From: Catajapyx aquilonaris
Lineage: Eukaryota
NCBI GenBank assembly: GCA_000934665.2
Contig: JYFJ02003903.1
Span: forward strand, 1-36,518
Length of the DNA stretch: 36,518 bases
Direction: 5' to 3'
Notes under the pieces: model-generated
Told to the model about the DNA's origin: nothing
Databases searched by the model: none
Seen by the model: only the letters and a program-made list of their open reading frames with translations
In this document: piece after piece, positions 1-10,923 of the stretch
Layout of the letters: each line of letters opens with the position of its first letter
Position numbering within the stretch: the first letter of the stretch is position 1
Position numbers and translations under genes: made by a program

Positions 1-355
1 TATTATGCTATTTGCAACTCAGTAGAAGCTAATGCGATTCCGATATGACGGTATTCAACTATGTTGGTCGTGATGTTGGTACACTACAGCCTGCTCTCTG
101 CTACCTCTGCTACATTTAGTCTCTCCCATTCTCACTTTTTTTCAATATTTTCAGTGCTCGAATATAGCAGAATATCTATAGCTGCTGCTGAGTTGCAATT
201 ATTTTCAGTTACTGTTATTTAAATAACAGTTATTGCAAAGTAGCTGTTATTTCTACTACGACGAGGGGAGCGGATCAGCGATGATAGGGGCCCATCTCTG
301 ATTGGCCGGATAGCTTCCAAGATCCTCTCAACCATGGCCTTAGAATACGAAGGTC

Positions 356-450
356 TGGTCCAGCCTCTGGACACTTCCCCTACAATCTATCTTATCGCCT
401 GCCGGGGCGTTTTGCATGAGGTGCTCACCTGAGAGCGCCATGAGACCTTT
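356..450 (+). mobile_element. Partial copy (left end + one arm) of an unclassified fold-back repeat family
   Basis: ggacac...tcttatcgcctgccggggcgttttgca..aggtgctcacctgagagcgccatgagac matches ~820-900 and 32263-32311. Confidence 0.7.
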
Positions 451-809
451 TCCTGCACTTCATTAATGATCAAAATTAAACTTGGTGGTCATATTGAAAG
501 ATGGCCACCCATTATATACGGTAACCTACAGATACGTTACAGATCATAATAATCGCCTGGAAATGTCATACAAAATAAAATTGAAAATCTGTTATTTATT
601 CTGATAATTATTTTACAATATACAGGGTGTTTCCTGTAACTCTGTAAAGACTTGCAGGGGTAATAGAGGGGACCCAGACAAGTATTTTTGACATAGGAAC
701 CTGTGTCCGGAAATGCCATCTAGAAGGGGTTCATAGACAAGGAACGGGTGCGCTCAGACGCTTCACGCGGGAGGCTCTAGGCGAGAGGACTGTTTTGTTG
801 ATAGATGGC

Positions 810-1155
810 ACCAGCCCCCGGACACTTATACTACATTCTGATCTTATCGCCTGCCGGGGCGTTTTGCAAAAGGTGCTCACTTGAGAGCGCCATGAGACAT
901 TTCACTCCCCAGGTATGTGGCGACCCTACCGGACTACGCTGAAATTTATAGGTACAAAAGGGAAGCGCTACATGCGGGCCCAAAATGGCCACCGGCGACC
1001 ATGTTGGGTCCCCCAATGTAGCGCTTCCCTTTTGTACCTATAAAGTTCAGCGTAGTCCGGTAGCCACATACCTGAGGAGTGAAATGTATCATGGTGCTCT
1101 CAAGTGAGCACCTTATGCAAAACGCCCTGGCAGGGGGTAGGTGGGGTGTCCAGAC
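810..1155 (+). mobile_element. Fold-back (palindromic) non-autonomous element, unclassified
   Basis: Imperfect inverted arms from cctgccggggcgttttgca (~850) to tgcaaaacgccctggcagg (~1133) around a short loop near 975-1015; distinct left and right terminal sequences; related copies elsewhere in the window. Confidence 0.75.
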
Positions 1156-1246
1156 CTGAGTATTCTATGACCATGGATGGCACGCAGTTGTTGCCGGTTA
1201 GTGATCATTTCTGACGTATTCTAAACAGATTTCATTTGTCCTGCAG

Positions 1247-1646
1247 ATCTGCAGCTGCCAGTTTAGTCTCACTTGCCACCAACTGCCGCAAGCCCCACGT
1301 GTTTGTACCAACTCTGCTCAGCTCAATTCTGGATATATTGGTACCTGTACAGGACACTGACACCAACACCATCTTGGGGGGTCTTGTTTGCCTCAGGCAA
1401 CTCGCCCCCCATCTGGCAATCCTGCCTGCTGACATTGACCGGCTCCTCCAAATGTTTGAGATCTGCATTCATTTCTTGGGACACTCAGACCACAATGTGG
1501 CATCTGCCTCACTGGAAACTCTGCAGCAGGTTTTGAGAACACCACCTGTCATTTTGGTGCAAGCCCTTATGGAACCGGGGAGGATATCAAGGTCAAGGAT
1601 TCATGCCAGTGGTGAAACAAAGCTGGAGTCTCGAAGTTTGAGTCAG
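1247..1646 (+). CDS. HTT: Huntingtin-like internal exon (N-terminal HEAT region)
   Basis: Acceptor tttgtcctgcag|A (phase 2) and donor CAG|gtacat (phase 0). Translation SAAASLVSLATNCRKP...ILVPV...ILGGLVCLRQL...HSDHNVASASLETLQQVLRTPP resembles recalled huntingtin TAAGSAVSIC...LLVPV...ILGVLLTLRYL...[22 protein letters not shown]. Confidence 0.82.
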
Positions 1647-1662
1647 GTACATTGTACTATGT

Positions 1663-2604
1663 AAATGTATGGCATGATTTGAATCACGTGATACAGTGTT
1701 TCTGTTTGCCCATGCGTAGGATATGGGCATAATTATGCTGGATCAGGGTAGGTGTGCCATTTGCAAAAATAGCATCTGGGTCAGCAGACCACCGTGCATT
1801 CGTTGTGGAGATTTATTTTTAAAATAATGAGTTCCTCATAGATGTACAAAGGATTTTTCGTCGCCATTTTAGGCTGGGACGTCAGGTCAAAGTCCCTGGC
1901 CACTGGACAATCCTAAGGTGGGTGAAGGAGTTCTGGGACACAGCATCATATCTGGACCAGAAAATCCCTGGACGTCCAAGGCCACAGTGGACGATTCAAG
2001 GGGTAAGAAATGCTCTAATCCGAAGTCCTTGGAGATCGGCCTTTCCAAGCACCCAAGAAAGGTCTTCGCCTCTTCGGAATACTTTGTCATATAGTGTACG
2101 TTCAGTTGTTGCATGACCTGCATGTATAAGGATAAAAGTGTAGGTCATCATAGCTGCTGTGACACAGGGAGCGAGCTGACATTGCTAGTGCCAAGGCGAG
2201 CATAAGGGACGATTGTCGTGGACTTAGAAGTAGCACATTGCGTACCATACTCCTTGAGGGGGTCTGCTGTGCCCTTGGATGTCCAGTGATTTTCTGGTCC
2301 AGAAATGATCCTGAGGCCCAGAACTCCTTCACCCACCTTAGGATTGTCCAGTGGCCAGGGACTTTGACCTGATGTCCCAGCCTAAAATGGTGACGGAAAA
2401 TCCTTTGTACAGCTATGGGGGACTCATTATTTTTAAAATAAATCTCCACAACGAATGCACGGTGGTCTGCTGAACCTGATGCTATTTTTGAAAATGGGAC
2501 ACCTTCCCCGATATAGTATATGCGCATATCCAGCTCATGGGCAAAGAGCACCACCGTACTACCGTACGTGATTCAAATCATGCCACACATTTTTCCCAAC
2601 CCTG
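1663..2604. mobile_element. Tc1/mariner-superfamily fold-back derivative made of two inverted 5' halves (DUF4817-type HTH N-terminus)
   Basis: 1663-~2050 and ~2200-2604 are diverged inverted copies; both encode SADHRAFVVEIYFKNNE...VQRIFR.HF...TILRWVKEF; right terminus ...aaccctg|TA (CAGGGT TIR), left TIR clipped; lies in the huntingtin-like intron. Confidence 0.75.
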
Positions 2605-2693
2605 TATATGATGCAAAACTAATTTTCTGACAAAAATCTTGTATAATATCACTGGGTCTTTGAGTGTACATACCTGCAACAACTTTCTTGTAG

Positions 2694-2922
2694 GTGAGTG
2701 TGGCACAGAGCAGTGTAGCAGTGGAGGATGACAGTGCATTGTTGGATGGGGATGCAGATGGCATGTTAGAGGGGATGGTGGATGCAGGAAGGAGGACACC
2801 AGCAGAAATGGTGGAAATGACTGACATAGTTACAGGCAGCTTAGAGGGAGAAGTGGATGATGATGATGAGGAGGAGGAAGTTGGAGCAGATGGAAAGTTG
2901 GCCAGAGGAACAAGGCTTGAGG
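2694..2922 (+). CDS. HTT: Probable next huntingtin-like exon (acidic low-complexity linker)
   Basis: Acceptor ctttcttgtag|GTG is phase 0, matching the upstream donor; donor G|gtaaat (phase 1); open and D/E-rich (EDDSALL...DDDDEEEE), as expected for the disordered acidic region after the first HEAT block. Confidence 0.6.
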
Positions 2923-3450
2923 GTAAATGTTCTGAGATTTCTCATTAGTGTAGATCAGGGTTTCTAAACTGGTGTTCCGTGAGAAATAGTGATGAATAGG
3001 CTACTCTAATCATGTGTAAATGTATATGATACCGTTTTCATGGTTTGCTTTTTGCTGCAGTCGCCATGGAAAAATCAAACATGCTGGACAAACAAACAAA
3101 CTTCGCCTTTCATATACGGATAGCAAAGGTACCCGTTCTTCGCACGGAAAATGATAAAGTTAGTGAGTAAATGAAAGAAGTTCATAAAATATGCATATTC
3201 ACTGAGTTAAGTCAGACATAATTATGTCAATGCTGCAGGTTCACAGGAGAGATGGCTTTGAACATGTCACATGAGAATGGCATCTGGTGGCCTAAAATCC
3301 AAATACGGGTATTGTGGGTTTGTACTCTATACACCAAATTTTACTGCCCGTCTTGTGGCGCCGCAGGCCAACGAACGGTATTGTGGCTTTGCCAACCTCC
3401 AATCGCATGCAAGCATCACCCGTCTAAGCACCGCTGATAGCTTGCTTGTT

Positions 3451-3646
3451 GGGGAGGTGTGGTGGCCGAGATGGTAACGTCTCGGCTTGCTGAGTGAAAG
3501 TTCCCAGGTTCGATCCCCTCCTGATAGTTCTCTTTGACCTGCGTCAGAAGGGTCTCAACCTGCATCTTGGAGGTGTCTGGCAACCTAACCTTCTCGGGAA
3601 CAGCACATGAGGCATGACCCGTTTAACGACATAGCACTTGCATCTA
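3451..3646 (+). mobile_element. tRNA-derived SINE, 3' part cut off by a MITE insertion
   Basis: A box TGGCCGAGATGG, B box GGTTCGATCCC; body matches the copies at 10359 and 22259(-). Confidence 0.8.
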
Positions 3647-3648
3647 TA

Positions 3649-4365
3649 CAGGGTGTCCCTTACTAGTCGCCTTTCCGTCCGGCAATGCACTCATTGGCCC
3701 CAAACAAGTCGTAAATGTAGGGAGGAGGAATGTCAAGGGAGTAACCGGTAAAGAGATAAACGATGATCAAGATGAGGTCGCCCCTAAGACAATCTCGGCC
3801 ACCCACCCACCGGCTTTTGTGCGGGAGGAGTGGCAATCTGTTCGACTCCCTCACGTGTAGGGGTTGTCTAGGGGGCAGGATATGAACCCGACATTGCTCC
3901 CTGAGCGCGAGACGACCTTGCTAAAACCATTGCCGCTCCTCCCGCACAAAAGCCGTTGGGTGGGTTGCAGCGATTGTAGGGGCGACCTGAGGGGTGTGGT
4001 GGAAAAACATGATAACTGACAAAGGTGTAATTTTTCAGGAGAGAGATTTGAAGTTTGCATTTTCTTAACAAATCATATAGAATTCAGGTTTTGATCTAGT
4101 CCGTGTGGCCGGCTCGTGCATGATACGTGAACTTGGAGTATACCAAACTGTTTGTCATGTCTTATACATTGTTGCTAGGTGTTTAGGTGAAAAATGACAA
4201 AATTGTCAGTTATCATGTTTTTCCACCACACCCCTCACCTCTTCTTGATCATCGTTTATCTCGTTACCGGTTACTGCCTCGACATTTCTCCTCCCTACAT
4301 TTACGACTTGTTTTGGGTCAATGAGTGCTGCACTGCCGGACGGAAGGGCGACTAGTAAGGGACAC
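3649..4365. mobile_element. TA-target MITE with long TIRs (CAGGGTGTCCCTTACTAGTCGCC...)
   Basis: TA|cagggtgtcccttactagtcgcc at left; ggcgactagtaagggacac at right with the last 4 nt missing at the LTR junction; ~125-bp imperfect inverted arms. Confidence 0.8.
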
Positions 4366-4529
4366 TGTTGCGTCTGGGTGTAGGATACTGGGGCGAGCAA
4401 TAATCACAACTCCACAGCTCTACACTCCATGTATTACGCTGTTCTAGTCTACTACAAAAAGCTTCCGCTTCAACAGGTGGCGGAGCCACTATCGCACTAG
4501 TTGCCAGGTGCATGTGTTGATACGTAACA
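4366..4529 (-). mobile_element. 3' LTR (164 bp) of a Gypsy retrotransposon
   Basis: TGTT...AACA inverted termini; on the - strand it directly follows a polypurine tract (GGGnG-run-AAGA, ~4531-4547) downstream of the integrase. Confidence 0.75.
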
Positions 4530-4547
4530 ATCTTCCCCCCCCNCCCC

Positions 4548-6448
4548 AAGTTCAAAATCCCGCAAGTAGGCAGGCTGGCGGCGCTCACGGACGGAGCGGT
4601 GCAAGGGACCCTGGGGTGCAGGCATTGGACTGTCAGGGACGGCCTGTCCCGGAAGAGGTCCAGGACCCAACAGGGGGGCCGGTCTAGGCGATGTCATCAC
4701 TGCGGGCACAGGAGGCGGCGGTGTCGCAGCGACAGGAACGACAGGCTCTGCACCCACCGGCAGCGGCGGCGGCACTGCAGGCGTCCCACCAGCAGTCGGT
4801 GGCAGTGATGGTTCAGCGGGCAAAGCCCCACCTGGCGGGACAACAGCTGGTCGACATGTCGGCGAGCTTGTCGGCCGTCCTGGAACTGTATGCCGTAGGT
4901 GTACGGCCCCGTCACATCAGTTATGGTCCCAGGCAGCCTACGTGGTCCCCGCGCATAATTCCTGGCATAAATTGTGTCGTCCGCGCCGAAATGCCGGTGG
5001 CGTGAAGCCTCATCCCACGCCGCCCGGTTCTCCTTCACCCTCGTTGGTCCATAAAGATGTAAGCGGTTCAAAAGGGTGCGTATGCGGCGCTCCATCAACA
5101 ATTCGGCGGGCGTCTTCCCTGTCGTGGTGTGTGGGGTGGAACGTAGGGAAAGGAGGACCTGTGGAAGGCGGACTTTCTATTCGCCTTCCACACGGGAAAG
5201 AGCGTCCTTGGGGATCTGTACTTCCCTCTCGGCCTGGCCGTTCTGCTGCGAGAAGGAGGGGTCCGGACGTGCTGGATCCCGTGCTGGGAGAGGTAGTCAC
5301 GGAACTCGGCACTAGTGAATTGGGTGCCGTTGTCGGTGACTATCACATCTGGCAGTCCATGTAGGCCGAACAAGGCCCGTAACGACGTTATGGTGTCCGC
5401 CGCAGGGATGGAAGGCATCAGGAACGCCTCAGGCCACTTTGAATACGCGTCCACCACAATGAGGAACATCTCCCCCTGGTAAGGTCCCGCAAAATCGGCG
5501 TGAATTCTTGACCAGGCCCGGGAGGGTACTGACCAATACAACTTGGGGACGTGCTTTGGATTGTGCCGGCTCTCCTGGCACGTGGCACAAGTTGATACGG
5601 TTGTCTCAATATCGGTCCAGCCCAGGCCACCAGACGTGAAGCCGAACCACTGCCTTAGTGACTACGATACCCTGATGGCTGCGGTGTAACAAGTCCATCA
5701 CAGGCGAACGAAGGGGCGCCGGAACCACGACCCGGTGACCCCATAAGATGCAGCCATTGTATGCGGATAACTGCAATCGGTGCCGGAAGTAGGCCTGAAA
5801 GTCCGAACCTGGGCAGACCGGAGGCCAACCGTGAAGAGTGCAGCGTAGAAGCCGCGCCAGCACAGGATCCTTCGCCGTCTCCTTAGCCACGTCCCATGCC
5901 GTGAGGGGGCCCTCCGCCAGCTGTTCCACATGCATCACTTCTGCTTCATCAGGAATGGGCTGGTCCACTGGCAGCTCGACCGGCAGACGGCTCAAGGCAT
6001 CGGCTTTGCCATGGCTCTTCCCAGGACGATATTCCAGGGATTAGTCGTATGAGGCCAGCATGACGCTGCCACGCAACATACACGGCGACAATACCGACGG
6101 AGAAGGTTTCCGGGAATCCAGGAGGCCAAGGAGGGGTTTGTGGTCAGTGTATAGGAGCACATGCCGTCCATAAATATACTGGTGGAAATGTCGCACACCC
6201 GAGAAGATGGCCAACGCCTCCTTGTCCAACTGCGCCAAATTCTTCTCTGGTGCAGTGAGAGTACGTGAACGATAAGCAATGGGTTGTTCCTTCCCCGCGA
6301 TGACATGGGACAGCACATACCCCAAGCCATATGGAGAGGCATCACAGCTCAGAACCAATGGCAGGTCCCGGCTGTAATGGACCAACAACTGGTCTGACTG
6401 CTGGAGATCCTTAGCCGCCAGAAAGGCACGTGCCTGGCGGTCACCCCA
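4548..6448 (-). pseudogene. Ty3/Gypsy (Mag/K02A2.6-like) pol remnant: RT connection, RNase H, integrase; 5' half missing
   Basis: WGDRQARAF, LSCDASPYGLG, RNase H YTDHKPL, ADALSRLP, integrase zinc-finger LHRSHQGI and core RIHADFAGP...VVDAYSKWPE...VTDNGTQFTS; in-frame stop at 6041-6043 and several frameshifts. Confidence 0.92.
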
Positions 6449-6450
6449 TA

Positions 6451-7455
6451 CACTGTAATTCATGTACCGGCTCGTGTACTGGCTCGGAGCCGGTATTTCG
6501 CGATCGCAAAATACCGCCTGGGTACTGGCTGATGACCGGCAATGTCCTGGCTGATGTCCCAGCTCGCAACCGGTACAACTGGCCACCTGCGCGCCAGCTG
6601 CGTATGAAAAAAAAAANTCCCCCCATCTCCTTCCTCTCGCCGCCACCAACCCTCCCCCCTTTTTTTATTGCTGCGCCCCCCTCCAATGCATACGTCATCA
6701 ACGGTGATGACGTCAAGACACCCCGCCCCCCCCCCCCAACCCGCCAATTGAAGGGGGGGGGAATCACATAATTATAAATAATTAACATTCCACATGGAAC
6801 TTAATTGACGCATTTACACTTTATTTTATCTATAAATAAATGTACAAAATCACATGTTAAATAACAAAAATATGACGCTGATGTCATAATAATCCTTGTT
6901 CTGACTTGCGCCCAAAACCATATCGGCGTTGCACTCTTGTAGTGGTATGTAGCACTCTGGCCCTTCACAATATGCGCTGGCCACATGTCCAGCTGCAATT
7001 CTTGTGATTCCTATCAGTCACCAGCACACATACACCGCGTCCACTGTCCATTGCTGCAGACTGAGCGACACTGAGGACTGAACTATACTGGCTGTGATGC
7101 GACCCAGAGGGAGGGAGGGGGGAGAAAAAATCTTGCATCATTTTCGAAGTCTTTGCCGTTGGGAAACTGAGGTTACTCAAGCAAAAAAAAAACCGACTCG
7201 GAAATAAATGGGCGGATTTTTTTTGTCCCCCCTCCCCCTCCTAAATCCTGTCGACACGTGTTCTCAAGGTTCCTCAATATACCGGCTCGGTACCAGTTCG
7301 GTACCAGCTCGATACCATCTGGAAGTGTGGACCACCTGTGTACCGGCTACAGCTAGGACACGAGGCTCTGTACCGGTTGCGGCCTACCTATGTACTGGCT
7401 AAGGCCACATGTACTAGCTGGGAAGTAGGACATAGCTGGTACATGAATTACAGTG
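6451..7455. mobile_element. Non-autonomous CACTG-terminal (CMC/EnSpm-like) DNA element
   Basis: TA|CACTGTAATTCATGTACC ... GGTACATGAATTACAGTG|TA; many subterminal GTACYRGCT-like repeats at both ends; no recognisable ORF. Confidence 0.8.
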
Positions 7456-7675
7456 TACTAGTAAGTAGTATAGGAATGTACAGAAGTAGGCTACTGTACT
7501 TACCTAATGAGTGCTACTTTTGCGCCTGTTTTGTGTCACAATTGTTGGATTCCCCCACCCCACCCCCACCCCTTCGTGCCCTACCGGTTGAGAACTGCTG
7601 GGATAAATGTAAGCCTTTGGCACTTAAGTTACACACACCGGTTACAAGAAAATTTACATTCCTTATTTTTTGCAG

Positions 7676-8060
7676 CCTTCTATCATCTTCATTGATGAAG
7701 TGGATTCCCTACTTGCCAAGCGCAAGGAGAATGAACATGAGGCATATAGGCGCTTGAAAACAGAATTTCTAGTCCAGTTTGATGGTCTCAAAGCGCAGTC
7801 AGAGGAACGGATTCTGGTTATGGGGGCCACAAACCTGCCACAGGAACTAGATGAAGCTGCACTGCGACGCTTCACCAAGCGCATTTACATAGCATTACCT
7901 GACAATGCCACACGTGTGTCTCTACTGCGCAAGCTGCTGGCCAAACAGGGTAGCCCATTGAGTGAGACAGAGTTAAATGAGTTGGCCACCCTTACTGATG
8001 GATACTCGGGAAGTGATCTCACTGCCCTTGCAAAAGATGCAGCCTTGGGACCAATTCGAG
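7676..8060 (+). CDS. SPAST: Spastin-like AAA ATPase, penultimate exon (Walker B, pore loop 2, SRH)
   Basis: Acceptor ttttttgcag|CCT (phase 0), donor G|gtaggt; [13 protein letters not shown]...RRLKTEFL...[16 protein letters not shown]...[20 protein letters not shown] is spastin-like. Confidence 0.9.
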
Positions 8061-8139
8061 GTAGGTCTAAAGAAGTCAATGTAACTTTTAATTTATGGGA
8101 AATACTGAAATGTAATTGGACAATGATAAATCGTTTTAG

Positions 8140-8303
8140 AACTGGATCCGGAGCAAGTGAAGTTTGTGGATCCCAAAACTATGAGGAACATCAGCCTGAA
8201 GGACTTCCAGGAGTCAGTGAAAAAGATCCGCCGCAGTGTATCCCCCCAGTCGCTTGTGATCTACGATAAGTGGAGGCAGGAATATGGAGACATGAGTCTC
8301 TAA
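8140..8303 (+). CDS. SPAST: Spastin-like AAA ATPase, last exon (Vps4_C-like tail)
   Basis: Follows a 79-nt GT-AG intron in phase 1: ELDPEQVK...[40 protein letters not shown]. Confidence 0.9.
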
Positions 8304-9429
8304 AGGGAACCACCACTGGCTGAAAGTTTCACTCCAAAAAAATACGTTTTATGGCAAAAAAAAAGACAAGTGACGTGCTCACATGGTGAAGCATAGTGTG
8401 TAATGTCCCCAAAGGGGATGGTTGCTTAATTAATACTGATGGGCTTATTTATTGACACTAGGCACGTTTTCGCCCTAGTCACAAAAGGGTTTGTACACGC
8501 ATGTACCGCACAGTCACTCGGAGGGAGGGGGGAGAGGGGGTATGAATCCCAACAATGGGGGGGGATACTGTTCTGTAGTACTGGTATGGCAGAAGCCCTT
8601 GTTTTCAAAGGGCTTGTGCAAGTCCACTTACGTTTGTTTTCATGCCAGGCTTGGCTGTGGGTGTATCAAGAGTGAGTTGCAGTTGTATAGAAAGGGGCTT
8701 TTTCAGATTAAAATAATGAATTTTCTTAGAAAATGATTTTAAAGTTCTATGATGTGAAACCAGTTCAACCAGCCCTCTGGAAAAATAAAATGAGTTGTGG
8801 CAGGTTTTCCCAGTGAGTTCTAAATAACATTGTCCATCCCAGCCTATGCACATTTTGGTGTCATTACTAACGCCACCTTAACTTTGTCAAGCAGTTTTAA
8901 GCATAGAAGAGGGGCTGACCAAACCTGGTGTGCATAATTTGCCACAGTTAAATTACTTTGATCTAGTCTTTTCCAAGTTTTACCTAGTTGTTTTCACATG
9001 ATGCCTTGACTTTTCAGTTGAGCTCACTTGTCAGAGATCTTAGCTTTTTATTGTTATTAGTGTTTCTGGAGAATTTGCATTAATTGCTGTAATTTATTTA
9101 TTGGTGTTGTAAAACCTGTTTTTATTTAAGAGTCAAGATTCAGTTGAATCGAAGAAAGCATGCCCCTAGGGACCTAAGCTTAGATGGGGAAAATGGCAGA
9201 AGGGGCAGATGTTTCTTACATAGTCCTTACTGTGTGTTGAAATTACCATGAGAGTTACCTAGCACCGTTTTTGCCATGCTTAGCAAAAAAGTTGTAACTG
9301 CAATGTGCCATAAGGTCAAGGATTGCTTGTCCAGCTCAATTATACTACTACAATGATCTGCAGTAGTCTCATTGAGTCCAGATAAATGAAATTAAACCTT
9401 ACTGCAATTTGTAGTTAGGACTTATAATA

Positions 9430-9582
9430 TAGGGTGTCCCTCCAGTCTGGAACCAAAGGAGTTTCCTATTTCATTGTTGTATATGGTTGCCATATATACC
9501 GGTGAATGTAGCCATAGTAACTATCTACTACAACAATGTAATAGGAATAACTCCTATGTGTCCAGACTTGTGGGACACCCTG
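9430..9582. mobile_element. Short TA-target MITE (CAGGGTGTCCC TIR)
   Basis: ta|tagggtgtccctccagtctgga ... tccagacttgtgggacaccctg|ta. Confidence 0.65.
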
Positions 9583-10160
9583 TAGTACAGGTAATTTTCT
9601 TACAATGCAGTATTAATTCAACTTGTGCAATATAGCTCATGCCTATGCCTATTTTCCACTGGAATAATGTCCAACTCAGCGTAATTTGTAAATCCAAGCC
9701 CAACAATCCTAATGTGTGCCAAAGGAATGTGTGTGATAGTAGCTGGAAACTAATCTTTGGTATATTTTGAACCATTTCATGAAGACTGTGAAGTATTTAG
9801 TGGTGATATTGTCTTTTAAAATTTGGGGATGGTTTTGTTACATTGCAGATGTGCTCTAGCAGTGGGATGCAATTGTTTGTGGCTTCATTTGAGAGGGAAG
9901 AAGCCAAAACAATTAAGGCTGTCTGGCAATAGTAAATATGTAGACAGGTTGAAAGAGGGAGTGGGAGACAGATGCAGATGGGTTTATTGGTCTGGCTGCT
10001 TCCCCACAAAGATTGCTCCTGCTCAGGATAACCAGCCAGTAGGAGGTGCAATTGAAGAGCTCTGGAACAAAATGGTCTCTAAGAAAATATTAAGAATTTT
10101 TCTGGCTATTAGCAATGAATGAAATACAGAATTAATCATCCCCACGTGTCTTAGTGTATG

Positions 10161-10923
10161 CATGGTGCAGAAATTTAACGTACCTTCTCTTTGGGGTATG
10201 GTAGAAGGGTTCTAGTCAATAATTTTAAGTATAGCTATCATGGGTCTCCGAAGCATAGTTACCATGAAAACTAGCATTGAATAAAAAGTGCATTATACCA
10301 GTTTATATGTTCCGGATGCAGCCTATGACACTTCCATTGTCTGCTAATGAGATCACATGGGGAGGTGTGGTGGCCAAGATGGTAACGTGTCGGCTTGCTG
10401 AGTGAAACGTCCCAGGTTCAATCCTCGCCTGGGAGAGCTCCCTTTCGCCTGCGTCAGGAGGGTCTCTGACCCGCACCTTGGAGGTGTCTGGCAACCTAAC
10501 CTCATGGGGGGACTGCACATGACCTGCTTACTGACATTGCACCTGCACTCATATCCCCTCCCTAACAAACCCCATCCTTACCCAATGTCCTTTTGCCCTT
10601 GCACCGGTGCTAAAGAAAAATAAGAAATGCAATTTATGGTGGTTCACCTTCCCCCCCTAATTGAGCTCCGTTCTCTCCAATGGGGTAATTGGGGGGGGGA
10701 TCACATCTTAAATTTAAATTGCATGGTAACACCTAAAATCAAAATGAAAAAGGTAATGTCACCTGGAGGGATGCATACCTGCCAGGATATTTTATACCTT
10801 GTCTTGGACACCCATTCTCTCAGTAACTATGCTGCGGAGACCCATGATGCCTATACTTAAATTGATGGCCAGAACCTTTCTACCATCCCACAAAGTGAAA
10901 GTGCTTTAAATTTCCGCACCCTG
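10161..10923. mobile_element. Long-TIR MITE (CAGGGTGCGGAAATTT type) carrying a nested SINE
   Basis: ~100-bp imperfect inverted arms (catgggtctccgaagcatagttac / gtaactatgctgcggagacccatg); related to 21344-21791. Confidence 0.65.
10359..10621 (+). mobile_element. tRNA-derived SINE, near full length
   Basis: A and B boxes, shared body, 3' end tgcaccggtg...aagaaaa matching the copy at 21989-22259. Confidence 0.8.

Noticed and set aside
3451..3530. tRNA gene (also at 10359 and 22259)
   Set aside because: No proper acceptor stem or poly-T terminator; all three heads continue into a shared non-tRNA body, so they are SINEs
4599..6044. Several long + strand ORFs (104, 140, 79 aa and others)
   Set aside because: Antisense shadows of the GC-rich Gypsy pol
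7670..8269. 199-aa ORF as a single-exon protein
   Set aside because: It reads through a 79-nt intron; the spastin-like C-terminus is in another frame after splicing
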